Source: Puniceicoccales bacterium
GTDB taxonomy: Bacteria; Verrucomicrobiota; Verrucomicrobiia; Opitutales; JAIRLM01
Reading direction: 5' to 3'
Assembly (NCBI GenBank): GCA_031282565.1
Contig: JAITDL010000024.1
Span: 1 to 40,340 of the forward strand
DNA length: 40,340 nt
The notes under the pieces were generated by a model, which saw nothing but the letters and a program-made list of their open reading frames with translations, was not told the origin of the DNA and searched no databases. A program made the position numbers and the translations under genes. Positions 9,044-17,270 of this stretch are shown here, in pieces; position 1 is the stretch's first letter; each line of letters starts with the position of its first letter.

Positions 9044-10426
9044 TTATGCGATCCGTTCGATTATCAGCTCAGCCGCAGCAGGCCGTTTGGGGGCAAGGCG
9101 ATAGGCATTGCGTAGATATTCGAGCGCCGGCTCCAAATTTTTTTCGTCGTTGTAGTGGATCATCATAAGCGGCTCACCCTGTTTGATTTGTATGCCGACC
9201 TTCATTATCTTTGATACGCCAACGGCCGGGTCCATGGTGCCGTCGGGCCTCTGGGCCAGAATTCTAACGCCGCGGACGATCATGGCCGCGTTGATGGTGT
9301 GTATGTAGCCGCGTTTTGGGGCCGGCAATTTGCGAACGAAGCGCGCCTTCGGAAGTTTTTCCGTGTCATCGATATAGGACGTGTCACCTCCGTGGGCCGC
9401 AATGATTTCCTTAAATTTCTTTAGGGCATCACCGCTGGATAAACTCCTCTGCACCATTTGCTTTGCCGAAAGCGTTGATCCGGCCACTCCTGCGAGACGG
9501 ACGACCTCAACTCCCATGCGAAGAACAAGCTGTTTGAAATCATCTTCGCCCTCTTCGGTTTTCAAAAAGCGCACGGCCTCTTCAATTTCCAAAGCCGTTC
9601 CGACGGAATCGCCAAGCGGTTGATTTATGTCCGTGACCAACACGACGCTCTTGCGTTGGAATGCGTCGCAGGCGCGGGCAATGGTCCTGGCGAGGGTCTT
9701 CGCCTGTTCCAAGTCTTTGATAAATGACCCATTGCCCCATTTTACGTCGACCACAAATCCCTCGGCTCCTTCGGCTGATTTTCTGGAAAGTATGCTGGCT
9801 GCTATGAGCGGAAGACACGGAACGGCAGCAACTTCCTTCCTCATGGCAAAGATAACTGAATCGATGGGTGCTATGGAGGCGTGGCGGCTCGCGTAGGCGA
9901 CGCCGACGGATGACAGGTGGCCGATGAAATCCTTCAGGGACTCGTCGGCCCTGAACCCGGGAATCGCAGATAGCTTATCCAGAGTACCTATGATGAAATT
10001 TTCGTCTTCGCCGATCATGGCAGGCACGACAACCCCGCAGGCGGCAGCGATCGCCGGCAGCACGAGCGGAACCTTGTCGCCGACTCCGCCCGTCGCATAG
10101 TGGGCAACCTTCGGCTTCGCTATGGCGGAAAGATTTAGCACTTCACCGGAAAGCATCAATTCCTCGGACAGCGCAGCTGTTTCGGCAACGGTCAAACCGC
10201 GGAAATATATTACCAGCAGCAGCCCCGCCAGCTGGTGGCTCGGCAGAACCTCGTCGAGAAGCGCGTCAACAACGGCCTTGATCTCCTCCTCGGTGAACTC
10301 GCCTCCATCGCGCTTTTTTTCAATCAAGAAGCCGTATGGCACGCGCAGCGCCTCATTTGTCTTTGTAACCATAAAACGTCCGCAGCCGTTGGCAAGCCTC
10401 CGGCCATCTCCTCCCTCTCGCCACAC
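9044..10426 (-). CDS. Thymidine/pyrimidine-nucleoside phosphorylase family protein with a divergent active-site loop
   Basis: 460 aa. The N-terminal helical domain (IEKKRDGGEFTEEEIKAVV..QLAGLLLVIYFRGLT), TGGVGDKVPLVLPAIAAACG and TLDKLSAIPGF fit the family. The canonical SGRGLGHTGG stretch is replaced by IGEDENFIIG. Alternative start ATG 10372. Confidence 0.7.
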   Translation of the reverse strand: MWREGGDGRRLANGCGRFMVTKTNEALRVPYGFLIEKKRDGGEFTEEEIKAVVDALLDEVLPSHQLAGLLLVIYFRGLTVAETAALSEELMLSGEVLNLSAIAKPKVAHYATGGVGDKVPLVLPAIAAACGVVVPAMIGEDENFIIGTLDKLSAIPGFRADESLKDFIGHLSSVGVAYASRHASIAPIDSVIFAMRKEVAAVPCLPLIAASILSRKSAEGAEGFVVDVKWGNGSFIKDLEQAKTLARTIARACDAFQRKSVVLVTDINQPLGDSVGTALEIEEAVRFLKTEEGEDDFKQLVLRMGVEVVRLAGVAGSTLSAKQMVQRSLSSGDALKKFKEIIAAHGGDTSYIDDTEKLPKARFVRKLPAPKRGYIHTINAAMIVRGVRILAQRPDGTMDPAVGVSKIMKVGIQIKQGEPLMMIHYNDEKNLEPALEYLRNAYRLAPKRPAAAELIIERIA

Positions 10427-10841
10427 TTGTAGGTACGTTTAGCCGACGGTGTCGAGCGAAAAAAATGTTATAGCAGGTATGATGTTTATGTATAGTACTT
10501 TAGTTAAAAAAATATTCCGTCAGTCAAGCGCGGAATCGGTTTCCTCGGCGAAAAATTCCGCCAATCCGGCGGCGAACCATGGCCATGCCGATCGTTGTAA
10601 AAATTTTGTTCCGGAGGATGTGGGCCGATTTGGGATTTTTGCAGCCGCCGTGGAAATTTTCCGCGTGGACCGGCGCAAATTTCCCATTCCATCGATGGAT
10701 TTTGCTTCGAAAATCGTCATTGGCGCGACAAATGCAAAAAATTATTGCTGCTATTTGCTCGAAAAAATAACCTACGCATAGCATCCTGTGATGGACGACA
10801 AATTGTCTTGACAATGCAAGTGTTCCTATGGACAAAGCTGA

Positions 10842-12662
10842 ATGGAATTTTCAGCATTTATTCAATCCATTAAAGGTCTAAATCTAGTAATTGATAGTCT
10901 GCGCGATGAAGATTTCCACGCCGGTTTTTTGACGGTTCTTAGCGCACCATTAGCCGAACAATGGCAGATGCTTATTGGCAATCCAATCGCCATGGAAAAC
11001 GCCCATAGACACATTGCCGACGCCATTTTAACCTGCGGAAATGAAAGCGCGATAGGCTCACTAATGTCCATATATCTCAGTGGCGCAGAATCCTCCGCCA
11101 ATCTGATCCAAGATTTCCTACGCGCCACCATCGCGAATTGCAACTCGCCGACTGACGTGGACGTTGAAAAGATTATCCGCATTGGCGAAATAGACTGGCG
11201 CGCAATTCAGCGCAACCTGCTCCGCCTTGCCATTTCAAGAAATTTTGCAACCGACGCCAACAAAATATTGCGCTTTGAAACGCTCTGGGCACTTCACGAA
11301 AACGCTGGCCTACAGCACAGTTTGCTGGCGATCACCGCTGGAGGCCCGGTGGACACGCTAACACCATTCAAAAATCGGCCAACGACATCTCTACAACTTG
11401 CACGGGATGCGCTTCTTGCCGCTTGCACTCCAATCCGCCAAAAGGAGGGTGCATCAATTTGCTTCGCCACCGCCATCGCAATCGCCGCGCAGTGGAATTT
11501 TCCTGGGGCTACCTTCGAACTTCTTGCTAAATTGCTACAGCGGAGATATATGCCGTCGCGAATTCCCGGCAGCGACTTCGGCTGCGTGCGCGTGCCGCTA
11601 AATACTTTCGAAGGTCTTCCAAGTGAGCCGGAAGCAAATGCCGTCGTCGCACTGCAGCTCATGCTCGTGCGGACGCTGGCCGATGCGTCAAAAGTTAGCG
11701 CCTTCCATTCCTATGACACCTCCGCATTCAGGAGATCACTAAACGAAGAACATGTTAAACAGTTTCAAAGTCTTGTGAAGACATTAAACGTCACACTCGA
11801 TGGCGCCGCACATCCGGAATTGAAAATCATCTGCGGGAAATATCCGCGCTATGACTTCTCAAGGGAAAACGGTCGCATTGGCAGGCACGGAAATCGGAGC
11901 GTTGGCGTCTGGTTTCTTCCGGTTGGCCTTTCACAAGATAGACTCATAACGCCGTGGCTATTTTTCCAGGAATACATTCCCAGCTTTCGCGCAGCGGCCA
12001 GTACCAATCCATTACTGCAGGACGCCACGGCAATGGTAGACAATTTGGCCAGTTTCCACATCGAAGATCTGTCATTCGGCGGCGGCGCCCCACTAGACGT
12101 CCTCAATGTTGCACCAGCCCAATACACTGACTGTCATCGCATTTCACTTGACCGTGGAGATGCAGTCGCATGCCTAAGAGGCGCGCTCAATGCCTTACTG
12201 CTAAATCTAGTAGGGAAAAATCATAGGCGAATTATTGTCTGCGGAGATGGCCACACATATACTCTCGGCGCAGATTTGTGTCCACATATTGCAAGTGAAC
12301 TGCTTGCCATTTTAACGCAGGAAGAAATATGCGATAGGTTCCGCAAAGCCGTCCTAACTATATCGAACTATAAAAATCTCTCAGCCATTTGCTACATATG
12401 CTCAGATGAGGAATACAACGGGCACTGCGCTTTCACTGAGAGCGTTTTAGACGGCCTCCTCGGACGAGTCCTCGACAATGTTAAAAATTCAGGTGCGCCG
12501 GCATTGTTTTTTGACCCGAACTGGAGAGACTCAGCCGGCGTTGGAATTCGCTACAATCCAATTACGCAATCCTATGAACTGTGCAACGCGCCATCCGATG
12601 GCTCCGCCGCAAAAATTGAAAATGAGCCGTGCTTCTTCGGAGATTTAGCGTTTAAATTCTAG
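10842..12662 (+). CDS. Hypothetical 606-aa protein; possible papain-fold (YopT/C58-like) cysteine protease effector
   Basis: Long uninterrupted ORF with no TM or signal peptide seen. Motifs IRQKEGASICFATAIAIAAQW, YNGHCAF and ALFFDPNWRD. No confident family assignment. Confidence 0.75.
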   Translation: MEFSAFIQSIKGLNLVIDSLRDEDFHAGFLTVLSAPLAEQWQMLIGNPIAMENAHRHIADAILTCGNESAIGSLMSIYLSGAESSANLIQDFLRATIANCNSPTDVDVEKIIRIGEIDWRAIQRNLLRLAISRNFATDANKILRFETLWALHENAGLQHSLLAITAGGPVDTLTPFKNRPTTSLQLARDALLAACTPIRQKEGASICFATAIAIAAQWNFPGATFELLAKLLQRRYMPSRIPGSDFGCVRVPLNTFEGLPSEPEANAVVALQLMLVRTLADASKVSAFHSYDTSAFRRSLNEEHVKQFQSLVKTLNVTLDGAAHPELKIICGKYPRYDFSRENGRIGRHGNRSVGVWFLPVGLSQDRLITPWLFFQEYIPSFRAAASTNPLLQDATAMVDNLASFHIEDLSFGGGAPLDVLNVAPAQYTDCHRISLDRGDAVACLRGALNALLLNLVGKNHRRIIVCGDGHTYTLGADLCPHIASELLAILTQEEICDRFRKAVLTISNYKNLSAICYICSDEEYNGHCAFTESVLDGLLGRVLDNVKNSGAPALFFDPNWRDSAGVGIRYNPITQSYELCNAPSDGSAAKIENEPCFFGDLAFKF

Positions 12663-13528
12663 GCGCGGGGTTTCTTAGAAAACTTCGACCAGTCCAAAAA
12701 AGATTCCACTGCCGGCGACCGCGCGGAAAATTCTGACCCGCAGACAGTTTGCCATCCTGAAATTTCAATGGCCGCCGAATGGAGTTGCAGGTCGCGCAGG
12801 GCAAATTTCTTGGCCACGAGTCGGTTAAGTTTAAAATCTCCATAGGTGCGATCGCCGACGATGGCCATGGAGCGGAGCGCGCACTGGTGGCGGAGCTGGT
12901 GCGTACGGCCAGTTATGGGGTGCAGTTCAAGAATTGCGAGATCAATGTGATCAATGCGGCGGCGGTCCAGGAGAGATACGTCGGTTAGCGCTTCTGCGGC
13001 AGGACCTTCTCCGCCGTCGGCCCGCAGATAATTTCCATTCCTGGCGGTGCAAATTCTATCGCGCCAGCGGCCATCGCGGAAATTGCGTCCGCCGAACACG
13101 GTAGCGTAGTAAGTTTTTCTAACCTCGCGGCTGCGAAATGCTTTCCTGGCTCTGGCAGCCGTATCAGCGTCCATGGAAAGAAGAAGCAATCCACCAGTTG
13201 CCGAATCTAACCTGTTCACCAAATAGACAAGCGGTGATCCATCACCGTCGACATAGGCGCGCGTGGCACAATCATATGGCGCAAAAATAATTGCGCGGCG
13301 GTCGGCGGTTTCTCCATTTGGCTGGGAAAGAACCCCTGCCGGCTTTTCAACGGCCACGAGCCCGCGGCCGTCTCCGCCGACAATCTCAACTCCAGCATGA
13401 AAAATCAATCGCAGCAATTTTTCATTTTCAGCTGGAACGTTTTCTAATAAATGGCCGTCCACCAAATTAACTTCCAGGTCAATGACTAGGTTGAGCTCAC
13501 CAATGCTGTCAAATTCTTCTCGCAGCAT
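12659..13528 (-). CDS. RluA-family pseudouridine synthase
   Basis: 289 aa. Catalytic-Asp motif VNRLDSATGGLLLL and GRTHQLRHQCA. Confidence 0.85.
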   Translation of the reverse strand: MLREEFDSIGELNLVIDLEVNLVDGHLLENVPAENEKLLRLIFHAGVEIVGGDGRGLVAVEKPAGVLSQPNGETADRRAIIFAPYDCATRAYVDGDGSPLVYLVNRLDSATGGLLLLSMDADTAARARKAFRSREVRKTYYATVFGGRNFRDGRWRDRICTARNGNYLRADGGEGPAAEALTDVSLLDRRRIDHIDLAILELHPITGRTHQLRHQCALRSMAIVGDRTYGDFKLNRLVAKKFALRDLQLHSAAIEISGWQTVCGSEFSARSPAVESFLDWSKFSKKPRA

Positions 13529-14704
13529 CTACGCTGCAGCACTTTGCAATTCCTTAAAAAATTGATCGATTTTCTCTATTTCGCCCTCTAGCGTGAACTT
13601 TTCAACGAAAATTGCATGCGCCCGGCGAGCCAACTCTATGGCTTCCTGGGGGTGCTCCAAAATCCACCGCATGTGCCCGTCAATTTGGCGAAATATTTCC
13701 TCTGGACTCGCATTTTGATCGATGTAGAGAACCGAATCGCCAAAATTGTCCACGACAAAAGGATTCCTATCGCTAATAATTACACAGGACGCAGCGGCGG
13801 CCTGAAAAATGCGAAGAGTCGGCAGCTTCCACGTAATATGTTCGCTGGAATGCAGCACAAGGGCGACTCCAGCCCTCGCCATTGTATTCTGCAGGGCACC
13901 GGCTTCATTTGGAATGTATCCACCATAGGATTTCACCTTTCCTTTCCAGGCGTAGTCCGGCCCATATATGTCGAAGTAGTCCGTTTCGTCGAGGAGCTTA
14001 TAGAGATTGGCGTAGCGTCTTTTTCTGCGCTCATCCCAGTTGGCACCGCAGTAGAACAAGCGCCTCTTCGGACTTGCACAGAATTCCGATTTCATTGTCG
14101 TTGGATATATGCGAATTGTTCGTATTTTTCGGTCGCTACTCCGCGCCATGCCATTTAGTTTGCTGGAATCTGGCCCGGAATACATAATGTTCCCGTAGCT
14201 CAGCGCGTGTCTAATATTTTGCCCCCTAGGGAAATGCCATTTTACTGCGCAGGGCACAGTTGCCGGCGGCGGAATTGATGCGTCCATTGACAGCACGTAG
14301 CTAGGATTCAAAATGGCGATGACATTGGGATCGTTTTTTGTGGCTATGCAGCACTCGTCGCCGCGTTTTACAAAGCACTCCTTCATGCGCTGCGTTTCCT
14401 CACTTTCGCCGACCCATCCGTCTGGATAGAGAATGAGAACGCGCGAGTAATTTTCTGCCTTTGGCAATGGCGTGCGCGCCATAAAAGCGCCGCGCAATTT
14501 TTCTAAAAATTCCGGTGGAGAAGCACTTTTTTCATCAAATGGGCAGCTCACCGTCGCCGACGCTGCCGGTCGCCGGCGATGCATGGAGCGCAACTCTGGG
14601 CGACTTATCGCATCCAATTTACCATGGACCGGAATGGCATCAAGCTCTGCTCCTGCGATCCAACAGTCTGGCGATGGCCAGCGGCGTAGTTTTGTAATTT
14701 CCAC
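13529..14704 (-). CDS. Putative glycosyltransferase (CgeB-like / GT1-related C-terminal domain)
   Basis: 391-aa ORF immediately upstream of, and abutting, the rluA-type gene. The C-terminal region VALVLHSSEHITWKLPTLRIFQAAAASCVIISDRNPFVVDNFGDSVLYI..PEEI...I..IL..P..A.ELARRA resembles CgeB-like GT domains by eye. Alternative start ATG 14482 (MARTPLPK). Confidence 0.45.
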   Translation of the reverse strand: MEITKLRRWPSPDCWIAGAELDAIPVHGKLDAISRPELRSMHRRRPAASATVSCPFDEKSASPPEFLEKLRGAFMARTPLPKAENYSRVLILYPDGWVGESEETQRMKECFVKRGDECCIATKNDPNVIAILNPSYVLSMDASIPPPATVPCAVKWHFPRGQNIRHALSYGNIMYSGPDSSKLNGMARSSDRKIRTIRIYPTTMKSEFCASPKRRLFYCGANWDERRKRRYANLYKLLDETDYFDIYGPDYAWKGKVKSYGGYIPNEAGALQNTMARAGVALVLHSSEHITWKLPTLRIFQAAAASCVIISDRNPFVVDNFGDSVLYIDQNASPEEIFRQIDGHMRWILEHPQEAIELARRAHAIFVEKFTLEGEIEKIDQFFKELQSAAA

Positions 14705-14765
14705 AAAAAGAGCATATTAGCCAGTAAACGCTTCGTCAAAAAAAAATAACCTGCCGCCCAGGCGA

Positions 14766-16628
14766 CTACTCTCCATCGGACAACTCCAAGATGGCGGTCT
14801 CAATGTCGTCAATTTCTTCCTTCACAGCAACAAACATCCCGTATCTAGCCTCGTCATAGCTCCCGGAAAGTTCACATTCCAACTGCCTCGCGGCTGCAGT
14901 TTTTTCTTCCAATAGTTTTGCAAGTTCCTCCATGCGCTCGGCGGAATCGGCAGATTTTTGCCGTTTTTTTGTCCCGGCGGCAGGTGCCGGTGCCCTTGGA
15001 GCGCAATTCCTCTCCATCAGCCACTTGGCGTAGTCATCCAGCGAACCGCTAAATTTTTTGCAGCTGCCGCCGTCGACCACGTAGAAATCACTGCAGCTGT
15101 CGGCAAGCGTCTGAAAGTCGTGGGTAACCAGCAGCACGGCGCCGCCATATGAGCGAAGTGCCTCGGCAAGAGCCGCCCGCGCTTCAATATCAAGATGATT
15201 AGTCGGCTCGTCGAGAACCAGCAAATGTGGCTGCGACAGCGTTGCAATGGCGAGCAGCAGCCGGGTCTTTTCGCCGCCGGAGAGATTTGCCGTTTTCGTG
15301 AGAGCGCGCTCCTGGCCGATGCCGAACTGGGCAAGCTGGCCGCGAATCTGCGTCTCTCTAAGTCCATCGCAGCGCGATTGAAAAATCTCCAGCGGAGTTT
15401 TTTGCATGTCCAACATCTCCTCCAGGTGCTGGGCAAAGTAGGCAATTTTAATGGACTTTGCGTAGGTGCGCTCGCCGGAAAGGAGGCCAAGCTGCCCAGC
15501 TACGGCCTTCGCCAGCGTGGACTTGCCGTTGCCGTTTGCTCCGAGAAGCGCGATGCGATCTCCGCCGTTGATCAGCAGATTCACAGACTTGAGCACCGTC
15601 CGCTCGCCGTAGCCCAGTGAAATATTTTCCATGGAAACCAGGCGGCGATCAACACGCGGCGACGGCTCAGGGAAACGAAATGCCACGGAATAGTTTGCCG
15701 GCGGCGGTGGCGGCTCTCCCAATTTGTCCAGCATTTTCATCCGGCTCTGTGCTTGCTTGGCCTTGGATGCCTTTGCGCGAAACCGATCCACGAAGGACTG
15801 CAGGTGCTCGCGCTTTTTCTGCAGCGCAGCGCCCTCCATTTCCCGTGACCGCCTGACATTTGCGTAGGTCGCGCGAAATGTGTCGTAATTTCCGCGGTAT
15901 AGCTGGGCCGTGCCGCCCTGCAAATGGAGAATGTGATCGCAGACGCCGTTGAGAAATTTTCTCTCGTGGGAAATGATGAAGAATGACTTATCCGTTCGCC
16001 GAAGGTACTGCTCCAGCCACAGCGCGGTCTCAAAGTCCAGATGGTTCGTCGGCTCGTCAAGGAGAAGGCAATCCGATGGAGCAAATAGCGTTGAAGCCAG
16101 TGCAGCCCTCACCCGCCATCCGCCGGAAAGATCGCAAAGTGGTTGCCTCATTGATTCCTCGGAAAATCCCAGTCCCGACAAGATTGTCGCAGCACGAGCC
16201 TCGCTGTCCTGGCCGCCTATGGCGAGGAATCGATCCCAGGACTCGGCCAACTCAATGCCATCAAGTTCCGGGTCATCCAATCGCAGCCGAAGTTGCTCAA
16301 GCTCGCTATCGGATGCGAGAACGAATTCCAGCGGCGTCAGTTGGCCGCTACCCATCTCCTGGCACACCTGGGCAAAACGGTAGCCATTCGCATAGGAAAT
16401 TTCACCGCTGTCTGGAGCTATTTCCCCGAGAATAATGCGGAAAAGTGTCGTCTTCCCGACACCATTGGGCCCGACCACACCAACCTTCGCGCCGGAAGCT
16501 GCGGCGAAGGATACGTCCGAAAAAAGCAGACGCGGACCAATCCGGTAGCTGATCTGCTTCGCCTGCAACATGACAATCCGACCAATCGCGCAAAACTGCC
16601 AAGGCGAAAAAGCCCCTACGGCGACCAC
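14766..16628 (-). CDS. ABC-F family ATPase (tandem ATP-binding cassettes, no TM domain)
   Basis: Two Walker A motifs (GPNGVGKTT, GANGNGKST), two ABC signatures (LSGGWRVR, LSGGEKTR) and two Walker B motifs (LLLDEPTNHLD, LLVLDEPTNHLD). Likely start ATG 16571 (MLQAKQISY). Confidence 0.9.
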   Translation of the reverse strand: MVAVGAFSPWQFCAIGRIVMLQAKQISYRIGPRLLFSDVSFAAASGAKVGVVGPNGVGKTTLFRIILGEIAPDSGEISYANGYRFAQVCQEMGSGQLTPLEFVLASDSELEQLRLRLDDPELDGIELAESWDRFLAIGGQDSEARAATILSGLGFSEESMRQPLCDLSGGWRVRAALASTLFAPSDCLLLDEPTNHLDFETALWLEQYLRRTDKSFFIISHERKFLNGVCDHILHLQGGTAQLYRGNYDTFRATYANVRRSREMEGAALQKKREHLQSFVDRFRAKASKAKQAQSRMKMLDKLGEPPPPPANYSVAFRFPEPSPRVDRRLVSMENISLGYGERTVLKSVNLLINGGDRIALLGANGNGKSTLAKAVAGQLGLLSGERTYAKSIKIAYFAQHLEEMLDMQKTPLEIFQSRCDGLRETQIRGQLAQFGIGQERALTKTANLSGGEKTRLLLAIATLSQPHLLVLDEPTNHLDIEARAALAEALRSYGGAVLLVTHDFQTLADSCSDFYVVDGGSCKKFSGSLDDYAKWLMERNCAPRAPAPAAGTKKRQKSADSAERMEELAKLLEEKTAAARQLECELSGSYDEARYGMFVAVKEEIDDIETAILELSDGE

Positions 16629-16651
16629 CTATGAGCGGCCACCGCCACAGC

Positions 16652-16807
16652 CTATTCCTCTGGCTTTGTTTTCGGGAGCCCCGTAACCCGTCGGCCATCT
16701 TTCCACTGGCCGCGCTTGCGCATGAGGTCAATGCGCTCAAAACGCCCCAACACGCTGCGTTTTTCGGTCAACCCTCCACCCTTTCGAAAACTGCTGTGCC
16801 TTGTCAT
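16652..16807 (-). CDS. Small basic protein (PVC-type, about 51 aa)
   Basis: MTRHSSFRKGGGLTEKRSVLGRFERIDLMRKRGQWKDGRRVTGLPKTKPEE. From memory this matches the HSSF..KR.VL.RFERI..L.KRGQWK.G..V.GLPKTK pattern of the 'small basic protein' family of Verrucomicrobiota/Planctomycetota. It uses an internal Met of the 76-aa ORF 16652-16882. Confidence 0.6.
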   Translation of the reverse strand: MTRHSSFRKGGGLTEKRSVLGRFERIDLMRKRGQWKDGRRVTGLPKTKPEE

Positions 16808-16970
16808 CGCAAATACCGCCACCGCCAACCAAGTCATTCGGCCGGCCACTGCAACGAAAAACTGCGCGCCGGCGCCATTCAATTTTGTAAATTCTTGCCG
16901 TGGAACTGAAATTCACCCCGCCGCCGAACAAATTGCCAAATTCGCCGGCAAATTGCCCGCATAAAAGTAA

Positions 16971-16998
16971 TTGACTGCGCGAATAGGTCCCATAGGCG
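16971..16998 (+). promoter_or_regulatory. Putative promoter of tRNA-Glu (TTGACT-N16-TAGGCG)
   Basis: TTGACT 16971-16976, TAGGCG 16993-16998. The mature tRNA 5' end at 17008 is 9 nt downstream. Confidence 0.4.
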
Positions 16999-17007
16999 AG
17001 GTTGCGT

Positions 17008-17082
17008 GCCCTCATCGTCTAACGGTTAGGACACCGGATTCTCATTCCGGCAATCGGGGTTCGATTCCCCGTGGGGGTGCCA
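17008..17082 (+). tRNA. tRNA-Glu (anticodon CTC), with encoded CCA
   Basis: Manual cloverleaf. Acceptor GCCCTCA pairs with TGGGGGT. D arm GTC-TAACGGTTAG-GAC. Anticodon stem CCGGA/TCCGG with loop TTCTCAT (anticodon CTC). T arm CGGGG-TTCGATT-CCCCG. Discriminator G followed by CCA. Confidence 0.9.
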
Positions 17083-17095
17083 GTGGATTGCTGCA

Positions 17096-17191
17096 GTTTT
17101 TTAGGGCGCCGCGGTGCAGCGTTTCGCCGCTTACCAAAATGCAATTTCGCGGCGCCTCAACCCTAGAAAAGCAGCTCTGCCGAATGAAAAG
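17096..17191. repeat. Copy A of the ~96-bp palindromic intergenic repeat (direct repeat partner of copy B)
   Basis: GTTTTTTAGGGCGCCGCGGTGCAGCGTTTCGCCGCTTACCAAAATGCAATTTCGCGGCGCCTCAACCCTAGAAAAGCAGCTCTGCCGAATGAAAAG. 9-bp arms GGCGCCGCG (17105-17113) and CGCGGCGCC (17148-17156). 4 mismatches over 96 positions versus 19191-19286 by manual alignment. Confidence 0.85.
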
Positions 17192-17241
17192 GTAATGTTC
17201 GCCATTAGGGTTGTTGGCTTGGCTGCCACTTCGTATTTCCA

Positions 17242-17270
17242 TTGACAACGGCGGCCCATGGCGTTAGTCA
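17242..17270 (+). promoter_or_regulatory. Putative promoter of the 628-aa gene (TTGACA-N17-TAGTCA)
   Basis: TTGACA 17242-17247, TAGTCA 17265-17270, in-frame ATG 17279 8 nt downstream. If this promoter is real, the annotated ATG 17258 lies inside it. Confidence 0.4.

Noticed and set aside
16971-17195. 74-aa plus-strand ORF
   Set aside because: It overlaps the tRNA-Glu gene and repeat copy A entirely.
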